Positions 32,958 to 42,772 of a DNA stretch of 64,000 nucleotides are shown here, piece after piece (the first letter of the stretch is position 1; the number at the start of each line of letters is the position of its first letter). Both the position numbers and the translations under genes were made by a program. The stretch is from Chamaesiphon sp. (GTDB lineage Bacteria > Cyanobacteriota > Cyanobacteriia > Cyanobacteriales > Chamaesiphonaceae): contig CBDFFH010000002.1 of NCBI GenBank assembly GCA_965246715.1, positions 96,001 through 160,000 on the forward strand, in the 5' to 3' direction. The notes beneath the pieces are model-generated. The model saw only the letters and a program-made list of their open reading frames with translations, had not been told where the DNA came from and did not search any database.

Positions 32958-34490
32958 CTAACCTAAAATCGCATCCCCAGATAATCTTTGATATAAACTC
33001 GCACCCGTCCAAAATGTCGGTGCAAAACCGGGATAGCCAGCGGAAGCATTACAGAAATAAAAGTTTTTCAGCGATGTTTCATGATTGAGTCGGCCGATAC
33101 CCATATTTTGTGGTGTCAGACTAGAGCCATAAGAATTACCTTCAGGACACCAACAGTAGTCTTCATTAGTAGTAGGACTACCAGTGACATTAAAAACCAA
33201 GTATTTCCGGAAGTTGGGAATATAATGTTGCTCGACGACATCGAGGATCGATTCAAAGATTTCGATTTTTTTCTGGCGATATGCTTTGGGGTCGGTTACT
33301 TTGAGATTTTTAAAGTAGGCGTAATTAGCAACTGTTAAAAATTCGACGATCTGACAATCTTCAGGACAATCTCGCGATGCAGTAGTTAGTAATGTCGGTG
33401 TGGTAATCGCAAAACTGGGATTTGAGAAGTCATTTTGCAAGTACATGCGATCGAATGCCACATTCAAATCCACATCTCCGGTATGAAATGTATTCCATTT
33501 CCCAAATCCATAAGCCTGAAGATCGAGATCTTTGACTACGCAGTAAGCCATATAATTAGATGGAGAATAATCATAATTCAGCTTTTTCCTCACTGCTGGC
33601 GAAAACTTTTCCATCCCGATCGAGCGCGCTGCTGTTTGCGGATCGATATTACAAATTACTATTTTCCCAGTAAATTCTTCGCTCTGTTTAGTCCTAAGAT
33701 TTTTTGCGCTCACGCCAGTAACTGTTTTATTGTCGAGGATAAATTCAGTCACTTCTCGCTCTAGCAATACCTCCCCCTCACAACTTTCGATCGTTTTCAC
33801 CAAACCATCGATTACCTGCTCGAAATGGTGGGTAGGATAAAAAGCACCTTTTTGATAACCAGTAAATAAGATTACCCACGCATAAAACGACAGTCGAGCG
33901 GGAGGTAATAGAAAATCCGGCCATTGTGAGGCTAATAATGTTTGAGCGCCTTGAGGCAGATCGAAGCGATCGAATACATTTTGCAGCGTACTATTAAGCG
34001 AGCGTAATGTCTTAGCTACCGAACTAAAATTACGAAATATTTCAGCAGTTTTAATCGGCGGCGCTAAAATTTTTAAGCTATCGCCAACGATTTGGATTTC
34101 ATCGATAAATTTATTGATTTGAGTGGCAGCTTCCGGAAACAAATCGATTAATCGTCGCTTTAATTCCGCTGATGATGAGGGGATTGCCAGACTATAACCA
34201 GGCATGTACATGCGATCGAATCCATCCGGATCGTAGCGCTCGAAGGTAACTTCCCGATCCAATTCGAGTTTTTTGAGGACGCGATTGACAGTGTAGCCTT
34301 CGCCACAATCCCAGACATAATGCAGTTGAGCATTAAACTTATATTTGTTTGCCAGCATAAAAGTATGACCGAAGCCGCCAGCATGTTCGTGTGCTTCCAA
34401 CACGCGCACTTTTTTACCAGCTTTGGCCATTAAAGATCCAAATACTAATGCCGACAAACCACTGCCTACAATTAGATAATCTGTTTCCAC
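32958..34490 (-). CDS. Phytoene desaturase/CrtISO-like FAD oxidoreductase
   Basis: YLIVGSGLSAL, EAHEHAGG, SPTTNEDY...GNSYG. Confidence 0.8.
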   Translation of the reverse strand: METDYLIVGSGLSALVFGSLMAKAGKKVRVLEAHEHAGGFGHTFMLANKYKFNAQLHYVWDCGEGYTVNRVLKKLELDREVTFERYDPDGFDRMYMPGYSLAIPSSSAELKRRLIDLFPEAATQINKFIDEIQIVGDSLKILAPPIKTAEIFRNFSSVAKTLRSLNSTLQNVFDRFDLPQGAQTLLASQWPDFLLPPARLSFYAWVILFTGYQKGAFYPTHHFEQVIDGLVKTIESCEGEVLLEREVTEFILDNKTVTGVSAKNLRTKQSEEFTGKIVICNIDPQTAARSIGMEKFSPAVRKKLNYDYSPSNYMAYCVVKDLDLQAYGFGKWNTFHTGDVDLNVAFDRMYLQNDFSNPSFAITTPTLLTTASRDCPEDCQIVEFLTVANYAYFKNLKVTDPKAYRQKKIEIFESILDVVEQHYIPNFRKYLVFNVTGSPTTNEDYCWCPEGNSYGSSLTPQNMGIGRLNHETSLKNFYFCNASAGYPGFAPTFWTGASLYQRLSGDAILG

Positions 34491-34640
34491 GATTTATTAC
34501 CTCTAACCGATCGAACTCTAATAAATACTCGATCGTGTATCGATAAGATCGCTATTTATAGATGACGTAATACCTCAATCTTGGCGCTATTTTTTTCGAT
34601 CCGGTGAATTTAGTTACATATCTTCAAAATTGTGCAATTC

Positions 34641-34656
34641 TGTAAATATGGCTACA
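34641..34656. promoter_or_regulatory. Possible NtcA box in divergent intergenic region
   Basis: TGTA-AATATGGC-TACA fits TGTAN8TACA; no well-placed -10 element confirmed. Confidence 0.3.
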
Positions 34657-34753
34657 AGCGATCGCTACTATAAGCGATCTTTTCCTCACAACTTACTCAT
34701 ATTTTATTGATATAATCAGATCGCAATCTGCGATTTATCACAACCATCTTTCG

Positions 34754-35431
34754 ATGAGTAAAAGATTTCGCGATCGAGCCGAAGCTGGACAACAACTCGC
34801 CCAAAGACTGTTAGCTTACGCCGAGACTTCACCAGCGAACGGCTTGCAGTCGATCTTGTCGCGCGCTACGACAGCAATCGTCCTAGCGTTGCCGCGCGGC
34901 GGCGTTCCTGTTGCTGCGCCGATTGCCAAGACGCTTCAACTGCCGCTAGATGTGTGTCTCGTCCGCAAGCTCGGTGTTCCTGGCAATCCAGAACTAGCGA
35001 TGGGTGCGATCGATCTCTACGGTGGCAGGTATTTAAACGAGCGGATCGTGGCTGAATTAAACATCTCGCCAGCAAGCATCGATCGAGTGACAGAGCTAGA
35101 ATCGATCGAATTGCGCCGCCGCGAGCGAGTATATCGCGGCAATCGTCCACCATTAGACTTATCAGATCGAATTGTCATCTTGGTAGATGATGGGTTAGCA
35201 ACTGGAGCCACGATGCGATCGGCAATTCGATCGATTCAGCCGCAGCACCCAGCCCAGATTATCATCGCAGTGCCAGTTGCTTCCAGCGAACTAGTCGCTG
35301 AAATGACTGCTTTAGTCGATTTATTTGTTTGCTCGATCGTGCCGAAATCCTTATATGCGATCGGTGCTTGGTATGAAAAATTTCCCCAGACTACCGATGC
35401 CGAAGTCTGTGCAGCTTTAGACGATGTTTAG
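34754..35431 (+). CDS. Type I phosphoribosyltransferase
   Basis: FRDRAEAG, LPRGGVPVA, VILVDDGLATGAT. Confidence 0.9.
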   Translation: MSKRFRDRAEAGQQLAQRLLAYAETSPANGLQSILSRATTAIVLALPRGGVPVAAPIAKTLQLPLDVCLVRKLGVPGNPELAMGAIDLYGGRYLNERIVAELNISPASIDRVTELESIELRRRERVYRGNRPPLDLSDRIVILVDDGLATGATMRSAIRSIQPQHPAQIIIAVPVASSELVAEMTALVDLFVCSIVPKSLYAIGAWYEKFPQTTDAEVCAALDDV

Positions 35432-35479
35432 AATTGCTTTAAACTATGTTGTCTCGTTCGTTTAATCGATCGCCGCAAA

Positions 35480-35837
35480 ACTACAAAAATTTGAGGATAA
35501 CGATCCAGAGTTAAATGGTTATCTAGTGGGTAGTTTGGCAGCAGATTTTAAAGCTGTAGAAACTGCACCGCTAATTGAAGCCGCCTATGCTGCCGATCGA
35601 GTCGATCCTTCATTTGTCGGGAATTGGGATGACGCTCAAGTTTGGCTGGGTTTGAAAAAAGCACCAAAAGTTCCCACCAAAATTCGCGAACGGCGAAGAT
35701 TATTGATGAAAATTATGAGCAGAGATATCGATATCGATCGAGAGGATCTAGATAATAAAATCAAGCAGGGTGCTAGTAAAAGTAAAACTAAACGCAAGCA
35801 GCAACAAGCCGCTCGTTGCAAAAACCGCAAAAAATAA
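35480..35837 (+). pseudogene. C-terminal fragment of a DUF1186-like protein
   Basis: NDPELNGYLVGSL..KAVE.APLIEAAYAADRVDPSFVGNWDDAQVWLGLK plus basic tail; no N-terminal half or proper start. Confidence 0.55.
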
Positions 35838-35868
35838 TGTTTAAAACTATTCGGCTCTTCACTTGCTG

Positions 35869-35998
35869 GTATGCTAATCATCACTTGAAACCTTCCTAAT
35901 CCTTGTAGAGAGCCAAAATTCACGAAAAAATCTAACAGTAATCAGTTTTGAGGCTCAAGCCCTTGTCAGGTAAGGATTCTAGGCATAAATTAGCATAC
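35869..35998. mobile_element. 130-bp MITE/IS-end remnant
   Basis: TIRs GTATGCTAAT / ATTAGCATAC. Confidence 0.5.
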
Positions 35999-36016
35999 TA
36001 AGTAGTGAAGAGCCAA

Positions 36017-37234
36017 CTATTCAAACGATGAATAATATCTGTCTTCGTTTCCGTCCTCTTGAGATCTTGACTCAACAATATATGAAGCTTCTCTAAGTAG
36101 GTTGATTCCAGCTTGAGAAAGATAGTTTCTAGATACATTCAATAGATTAAGATGCTGTAACTTAGTGCTGCTAGATAATTGAGTTGCATGTTGGTCTCTG
36201 ATTGTGCATGCCTCCAGATCCAAAACAACAAGATTATCTACAATCGACGAATTCAGTATAAGCGACATTAAATCTTCAGGATTTTCATAGCAGCAAATAC
36301 CAAGATATTCTAATCGAGGTACGCTCATATTTTTTATTGGATCTAGAGTGATGTTTTGATTCCAAGCTTGTGTTCCTAACCATACCTGAAAATATTCTAA
36401 ACTAGGTAAACTCATATTGCAGATTTGAGTTAGACTGTCATTATGCATTGAGGCAGTTTCAATAATTAGAGACTTGAGGCTTTCATGTTGTATTTCTCCA
36501 CAAGTTAAGATTGAATCGTAAAAATTACCATAAACTTGTAGAACTTCTAAATCTGGAAATGCTTGCAAGATAGGTTTAATATCGACAATTTGTAATTGAG
36601 ATAGGCGGTATTGATAATAGTCACCTCTAACGTCGCCAATAAATATCGCTTTTACATTCTGCAATAATAATTTTGCTTGGCAAATTGCTTTTATAGCTAC
36701 GCTACATGCCCAATCCCGATCGGGTAATTCACTACCGATCGATATCTGAAATATTAATGCTTGTAATTCACTAATTCGGGGATCTTCAATCAGAGCATAG
36801 AATCGATCGATATCATAATTATCTTCTTCATCTGAAATAGTTAATCTCACTGTGTAAGCAATACTTTCAGGATCGATAATCCCAATACCTGGATAGTACG
36901 TTTCTGCTCTCCAATCATTGAGAGTAGTAAAATATCCGAATGGATCTGCTACTAATAATGTCTCTTTCCCTGATTCACCTGTTTGATTTCGCAGTAATCT
37001 ACGAGCCAATCGGCAAATATCTTCATCATCATCTGTCAATGATTCAATCAATAAATCAACCCCATCAGTTCCATATTGAATTGCATCAGTTAGGGCTTGA
37101 AATCTAGTTTGTAGAGATTCCATTTTTAAGCGTTTTTTGATTCCAGCTAAGCCACCTAAAGTAACAGCATTTATTGGTGTTGGGTTTTGTCCACCTAAAA
37201 CTAGATCTGATGCGTCGGGAATGGATTCTGGCAT
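36017..37234 (-). CDS. Protein with GGQNP/HEAT N-terminal module and LRR (STM4015-like) C-terminus
   Basis: DLVLGGQNPTPINAVTLGGLAGIK; LRR patterns LPSLEYF, LVVLDL, LNLLNVSRNYLS; ends RYYSSFE. Confidence 0.8.
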   Translation of the reverse strand: MPESIPDASDLVLGGQNPTPINAVTLGGLAGIKKRLKMESLQTRFQALTDAIQYGTDGVDLLIESLTDDDEDICRLARRLLRNQTGESGKETLLVADPFGYFTTLNDWRAETYYPGIGIIDPESIAYTVRLTISDEEDNYDIDRFYALIEDPRISELQALIFQISIGSELPDRDWACSVAIKAICQAKLLLQNVKAIFIGDVRGDYYQYRLSQLQIVDIKPILQAFPDLEVLQVYGNFYDSILTCGEIQHESLKSLIIETASMHNDSLTQICNMSLPSLEYFQVWLGTQAWNQNITLDPIKNMSVPRLEYLGICCYENPEDLMSLILNSSIVDNLVVLDLEACTIRDQHATQLSSSTKLQHLNLLNVSRNYLSQAGINLLREASYIVESRSQEDGNEDRYYSSFE

Positions 37235-37322
37235 GGGTATCTATTCGATATGAGGTTGTACTTATTATGCCCGTTGGTGGAGCCTACCGGAGGTAATCGA
37301 TCTTACTATTTCTCCATCGATG

Positions 37323-37438
37323 CAGCCCTCAAATGAATTTGGGGCTAAGAGCAAAAGTCCGTTGAAACGGACTAAGATTAATTCCTAGTTATCTTCAGAT
37401 AACTTTCGCTATGAGCGCGAAATTCTATTTCAGCGCGG
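37323..37438. repeat. Multi-hairpin dispersed repeat (other copies ~3773-3962 and ~57130-57250)
   Basis: GCCCTCAAATGAATTTGGGGCTAA..AAAGTCCGTTGAAACGGACT matches the reverse complement of the other copies. Confidence 0.7.
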
Positions 37439-37460
37439 ATGTCGCTTTCTCTAGTCATAC

Positions 37461-39038
37461 TTAATTCAATTTAGCGATCGATCCCCGTTCAACCAAAACC
37501 CTATTAGTCAATAAATCCGTCACCGTCACCACCAAAATTCGATGTTCCGTCACGGCAAATTCCACCGCAATGCGATCGATTCCTAATTCCCCAGGTGGTT
37601 CTAATCTCGCCAGGCAAACTGAATTGCGATCGCGTTCTAACGAGCGATATTGCGATTGTTTATTCACTGGCATACTACTCATCCTCCCCTGTGCATCATA
37701 AGTAACTTCTGCGGTGCTAATTTGGGCGATTTCCCCGATATCTAGGCGGATTTCGGTTTGTCCTTCGATCGCGACTTGGAGGGTTAATGATTCCACGCGG
37801 GTGCAGGGATATTTAATGCCAGCTTCAAATAGGGGAAAATAATTGTAGGTACGAGTATATGGTTCCCACAGGCGGATGCAATATCCATGTCGGAGATAAT
37901 CTTCTAATCCGGCAATTTGGGTGAGTGCTAATGCTCCATGTGCGACGGCTTCAAAGGGTTTATGGAGCTTTACGCGTTGTCTGCCAAAGTAGGAGATAAA
38001 TAGTTGTTGAATTGCTTGAATCTGACAGCTTCCGCCGACTAATAATATCTGTTCGATATCTACTTTTTGGACACCTTTTCGCAAACCGAGGGTGAGAATT
38101 TCATCGATCGCATCGCGAAATTGTTCGAGTAATTGTCGCTGTTCTAATAGTTCTTCTAATTGCGATCGATCTAAAGTCAGATCGTAGGACATAAACGTAT
38201 CTTCATCCAACCAACTTTCGCGCGCCTCGCGATCGGTAGTCAAGCGAATCTTTAAGCGTTCGGCGATCGCGAGTAGATTTTGCCAACCGACTTCACCGAT
38301 GGTTTCTCGATCGCTATTTAATCGTATTAAATAATCTTCAATAATCCACCTGTCGATATCTTCACCACCCACATATACATCAGTCTTGGCTAATACCTCC
38401 GCCTGGAGTTTGACATCATCCGTACCCAATGGCGACGTTCTCACGAGACTCAAATCGAGCGTTCCGCCCCCAAAATCAGCCACTAACACGATCGAACCCG
38501 GACGTTGCACGGCATAGCCCAAAGCTGCTGCTGTCGATTCATCGACGAACTTAACCGTGGGTAATTTTAACTCAATCGCGACATCTTTAAACCAATCTAA
38601 ATACCGCTCGAACGTACCGACGGGAACTGTAAAAATGACTAACGACGGTTCGATTTTGGCAGCCAACACTTCTTGCCAAATCTGAGTCAGAAATGCTACC
38701 GCCACACTATGGGAATCAAATACCTTATCCTCGATCGTTCGTGGTGGTATTTGAAAATCTGCCGCCAAATCGCGTTTAAACGCCCGAAAAAACCGTTGCG
38801 GTTGTGACAGTCCCAATCGCTGAGATCGCACCTTATCCCCGACGATAATTTCTCGCCCATTACCGACATATACTAAGCTCGGAATGACTGCGATCTCTCC
38901 ACCAGTCGCGATCGTATCGCCCAAACTAAATACCCGCGACAAACTTGGAAACCTCAGCGTTTTTGGTGTCTGGGTATCGGGTTCTAAGATACTGACTACT
39001 GTATTGCTGGTGCCAAAATCGATCGCGATGGCTGTCAT
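37461..39038 (-). CDS. Hsp70-family protein (atypical, no C-terminal lid)
   Basis: IAIDFGTSNT, DESTAAALGY, DFGGGTLD, GGEDID, LVGGS. The ORF-track extension to 39125 is heptamer repeat. Confidence 0.9.
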   Translation of the reverse strand: MTAIAIDFGTSNTVVSILEPDTQTPKTLRFPSLSRVFSLGDTIATGGEIAVIPSLVYVGNGREIIVGDKVRSQRLGLSQPQRFFRAFKRDLAADFQIPPRTIEDKVFDSHSVAVAFLTQIWQEVLAAKIEPSLVIFTVPVGTFERYLDWFKDVAIELKLPTVKFVDESTAAALGYAVQRPGSIVLVADFGGGTLDLSLVRTSPLGTDDVKLQAEVLAKTDVYVGGEDIDRWIIEDYLIRLNSDRETIGEVGWQNLLAIAERLKIRLTTDREARESWLDEDTFMSYDLTLDRSQLEELLEQRQLLEQFRDAIDEILTLGLRKGVQKVDIEQILLVGGSCQIQAIQQLFISYFGRQRVKLHKPFEAVAHGALALTQIAGLEDYLRHGYCIRLWEPYTRTYNYFPLFEAGIKYPCTRVESLTLQVAIEGQTEIRLDIGEIAQISTAEVTYDAQGRMSSMPVNKQSQYRSLERDRNSVCLARLEPPGELGIDRIAVEFAVTEHRILVVTVTDLLTNRVLVERGSIAKLN

Positions 39039-39121
39039 TTGGATTGGGGATTGGGGATTTCGGATTGGGGATTGGGGATTAATATTCGTAGGGTGTGTTA
39101 TCGCGCTAGCGTAACGCACCA

Positions 39122-39772
39122 TCATTTCGCATTCGCAGGTAAAGTACGGCTAACCTTGGCTGGTATAAGAATTCGATCGCCTTTCTGATAGCCGACAAAC
39201 CGCACGTAAACCGATTCACCTGTTTGGATGTCTCCGACATCACTTTGATGGATCTGCGGGTCGTATCGCACCATTTCCCACGGTTTACCGATCGATTGAC
39301 ACTCCCAGAATTTAACGATATTTTCGAGGGATGTTAATAAAGCGACGATATTTCGAGCGGGTAAATCTGGTTGACTTTCTACCATCTTCCGCACGCTGGG
39401 ATATTGAGTCAGGAGTGTTTGAATCTGCTCGAAGCCTCCATCGATCGCATCCGATCGAACTTGCGCTGCTTGTGTTTTCAATTCTTCCCGCAATCGTTGA
39501 CATTGTTGTGTCAATCCGATAATTTCTGACTTCAATCTTGCTTTATCTACTTCACTAGTTTGGAGTTGAAATTTTATCTCTGTTAATTGAGATTGCAATT
39601 TCAGTTCGGTTGCTTGCGATCGCCCTTGTAATTGATTAATTTCTGTGGTTAAGCGTTGTTCTAATGCTACTCGATCGGCTGTCGCAATTTTAAGAGATCT
39701 CAAATAAAAAAATCCTAGTGTCACGATACTCGTGAAAAACCCCACCAATCCACCGATTAATTCTGGCTCCAT
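39122..39772 (-). CDS. Membrane-anchored GrpE-like protein
   Basis: N-terminal TM, coiled coil, C-terminal YDPQIHQ...VRFVGYQKGDRILIPAKVS. Confidence 0.75.
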   Translation of the reverse strand: MEPELIGGLVGFFTSIVTLGFFYLRSLKIATADRVALEQRLTTEINQLQGRSQATELKLQSQLTEIKFQLQTSEVDKARLKSEIIGLTQQCQRLREELKTQAAQVRSDAIDGGFEQIQTLLTQYPSVRKMVESQPDLPARNIVALLTSLENIVKFWECQSIGKPWEMVRYDPQIHQSDVGDIQTGESVYVRFVGYQKGDRILIPAKVSRTLPANAK

Positions 39773-39878
39773 TTTTATACCAATTTAAAATACAAAGGTG
39801 ACAGATGGGTTTGCAGACTCCAGCCTAGCAGAGCTTTCCCAAGCCAAAATCCAAAATCCAAAATCCAAAATGTTATTA

Positions 39879-40097
39879 CTATCCTTGAGTTTCGTTAGCT
39901 TGGGACTGCTCGTTGACGAGGTAATTATCCGCACCATCGTGGTATTCGGGTAATAGTTCCCGCGATTCGACTTTACCCAAGGATGCTTCGATATCTTGGG
40001 TAGCGAGGGTGCAGGTTTCGCCGCTACCATTGATGACAGTTTCGGTGACTTTGCCGTCTTTACCAATGCGGTATTCGATTTTTTGATATTCAGCCAT
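39879..40097 (-). CDS. DUF2997-type small protein
   Basis: IEYRIGKDGKVTETV..G.GETC..AT..IEASLGKV. Confidence 0.75.
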   Translation of the reverse strand: MAEYQKIEYRIGKDGKVTETVINGSGETCTLATQDIEASLGKVESRELLPEYHDGADNYLVNEQSQANETQG

Positions 40098-40127
40098 GAT
40101 TTTTTTTGGATGTTGGAGTTGCCGTCT

Positions 40128-41297
40128 TTACCAAAAAATATTGGTAGAGACATGTGGCATTTTACAGCGAAGTTCTTCAGGTGTGTTGGGATGCTCTGCT
40201 ATTGCTCGTCCTAATTGATGTTTAATTTTTTCGGTATCTCTCCTGAAAAAAACTGGATGGACGATGATTTGCTCCATATAAATAGCCAGTTTTTCTAATA
40301 TATAAGTAGGGGTTTGTGGATTTTTGGCTATTCCTACAGATGCTCCATTAGGTCTTGTGCCACATTCTATTACATCATTCATGATTTCTTCTAATATGTC
40401 TATAGTACTACTTGGATTGGCAGCAATCTGTATACGAACGCCAGGACGACCAAATTCAAGCAAGTATTGTAAAAATTCAATTGGTGTATCAGGATGATTA
40501 GCGATCACTTTCTGAGTATAGTAGTTTCCGTCTATAAATTTAGGATTTTCAAGAATCAATTGTGGCAAAATTGGGTTGCAGATAAAGTCAGTTGGAAACC
40601 AACGACCTAAATTTAATAGTAACTCGATTGGCGAATTGGGGTGTCTAGTAGCATCTCGGTAAATTTCACAAGCAACTTTAACAATTTGGACAATTTCAAT
40701 CGAGATATTTAAGTCAACTAAGTTTTGATAATGCGTTTCTAAATCGACGTGCGCGTAACCAAAAGGATTGAAATCAAAATCGACAACATGACCGTAACGA
40801 AAAGGATTTAAATTAAATTTCTGCTTTAATTTAGACCATTCCTGAATATTTGCGGCTAATATTGCATTCATATTGCTAATATCGCCTAACTCAGACAATA
40901 CATCTGGAGGTGTGTTCGGATTGTTAGCTAAGTTTTTTACAGTTGTCAGATCCTTAGATCGAGAAATTTCTGCGAGCAATTGAGGCTTAGAATCAGTGTC
41001 GTTGGCTAACATTCTAAATAATTCATTTTTCTCGGTTTCTTCCAATAAATTATCCAATAATGTGGATGCTAATTCACGAATTTCCTCAGCAGGATCTGCA
41101 AGGAATTGAATGACTAGATCGAGCGCATCTTTACCATATTGAATGGTATTATCTAAAGCCTGAAGTCTTACTGTTATAGATTCACTCTTTAACCGTTGTT
41201 TTACACCAGCTAAACCACCCAAAACAGCAGCATCGATCGGTGGTGGATTTTGTCCGCCGATAATTAGATCTGATTCGCGAGGAGTGAGTTCTGACAT
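40128..41297 (-). CDS. Protein with GGQNP/HEAT N-terminal module and leucine-rich-variant (A.NP.TP) repeats
   Basis: MSELTPRESDLIIGGQNPPPIDAAVLGGLAGVK; LANNPNTP, IANHPDTP, IAKNPQTP, IAEHPNTP. Start at 41297 avoids overlap with cysC. Confidence 0.8.
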   Translation of the reverse strand: MSELTPRESDLIIGGQNPPPIDAAVLGGLAGVKQRLKSESITVRLQALDNTIQYGKDALDLVIQFLADPAEEIRELASTLLDNLLEETEKNELFRMLANDTDSKPQLLAEISRSKDLTTVKNLANNPNTPPDVLSELGDISNMNAILAANIQEWSKLKQKFNLNPFRYGHVVDFDFNPFGYAHVDLETHYQNLVDLNISIEIVQIVKVACEIYRDATRHPNSPIELLLNLGRWFPTDFICNPILPQLILENPKFIDGNYYTQKVIANHPDTPIEFLQYLLEFGRPGVRIQIAANPSSTIDILEEIMNDVIECGTRPNGASVGIAKNPQTPTYILEKLAIYMEQIIVHPVFFRRDTEKIKHQLGRAIAEHPNTPEELRCKMPHVSTNIFW

Positions 41298-41360
41298 AGG
41301 TATCGACAGTGTGAGATTATTTCTATTATGCCCGTTTGGGCTATGAGGTTCGGTGATGAC

Positions 41361-41891
41361 ATGAACAAGATCCAAAATTCGATCGTCTGGTTCACCGGAT
41401 TGAGCGGCGCGGGAAAAACCACGATTTGTCAACGAGTAGCCGCAGAACTCCAAATGCAGGGGCAAAAAGTCCACTGTCTCGATGGCGATACGCTCCGCCA
41501 AACCCTAACGGCTGACTTGGGATTTAGTCCGATCGATCGAGCCGAAAATATCCGCCGGATCGGGAATATCGCCCAGCAAATGACCCTAGAAGGCGCAATC
41601 GTCCTTGTTGCCGCGATCGCGCCATACCGACAGATGAGAGCGGCATTACGAGCGCAAATTGAGGCATTTGTAGAGGTGTACGTCAATGCCCCCCTCGCAA
41701 TCTGCGAACAACGCGATCCGAAGGGATTGTATCGCCGTGCTAGAGCGGGGGAAATTAAGCAATTTACCGGAATCGACGATCCCTATGAGCCACCATTGAA
41801 TCCTGAAATTACTTGTTATACCGATCGCGAATCGATCGCTCAAAGCACCCAGAAAGTCGTCGATTATTTACAATTTCACCATCGATTGTAG
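41361..41891 (+). CDS. cysC: Adenylyl-sulfate kinase
   Basis: WFTGLSGAGKTT, LDGD, RDPKGLY, FTGIDDPYEPP. Confidence 0.95.
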   Translation: MNKIQNSIVWFTGLSGAGKTTICQRVAAELQMQGQKVHCLDGDTLRQTLTADLGFSPIDRAENIRRIGNIAQQMTLEGAIVLVAAIAPYRQMRAALRAQIEAFVEVYVNAPLAICEQRDPKGLYRRARAGEIKQFTGIDDPYEPPLNPEITCYTDRESIAQSTQKVVDYLQFHHRL

Positions 41892-42016
41892 GATGGCATT
41901 GCCCGAATTACGGAATAAGCTGACATGCATTCAAATCGATCGTTCGTTGGCGGAGCCTCTCGTAAGAGAATCCGTCGATGATTAAGATCGCAAATAATCC
42001 TCAAATACTCACTGCG

Positions 42017-42048
<32 letters not shown>

Positions 42049-42772
42049 AAACCATCAGCCATAACTCGATCTAGATGTCGAACAGCTTAGTGTGGAAGTT
42101 ACGTAGTGTAATTTAATGCACTGGTGTCAGCAGAGTTAATACTCGATCGATATTTATCCTGAGATTTAAATACCCGATCGCATAATTGTCAATAACTAAT
42201 ATCACAATAATATCCTGGGTATGATATGTAACGATCGATCGATACATTACAAATATCGATAGATTTAATACATTTTTAATATTTAATGTCGATCGATAGC
42301 CGCTATAAATGCCTGCATTATTCTTACCAACAACGATTAAAAATTAGCAGCGATCGCGCAAAAAATTCCAGCCCTAATCCTGCCAATCATGATAAGTCGG
42401 CAATTTGGCTTAGTTGATTACATCATATTACTAATTGTGAAGAGCCGAGGTCGATCTGCTTAGAAAGCATGTTTTAATACAGTGACTGAGCGCTATGTTT
42501 TAAAACGCGGTAATAAGCTGAATCGAGCTTAGCTTCAGGTTGTAACGACATCAAACGATATCGATCGAGTTTTGTTTGTTGAAACTTAATTAATGCCTTG
42601 TATGAGTAAAATATAAAATTACATCCAAGTCGATAGCGAATATTTTTCGACAAAGGTAGAGTAATAATCGGCGAGACGAATCAGTCGAGCGATATCGGGC
42701 TGGGGCATTCGACCTCAGTAGTTTTGGTCGTTCACAGCTAAATATTTATTAATCTCCGCAGGCAATACTACC

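Noticed and set aside
39039..39125. N-terminal extension of the Hsp70-like ORF (NPQSPIRNPQSP)
   Set aside because: It is a translation of an intergenic heptamer repeat.
41298..41501. Overlapping N-terminal extensions of cysC and the HEAT-module gene
   Set aside because: Internal ATGs (41297 and 41361) match the domain starts and remove the overlap.
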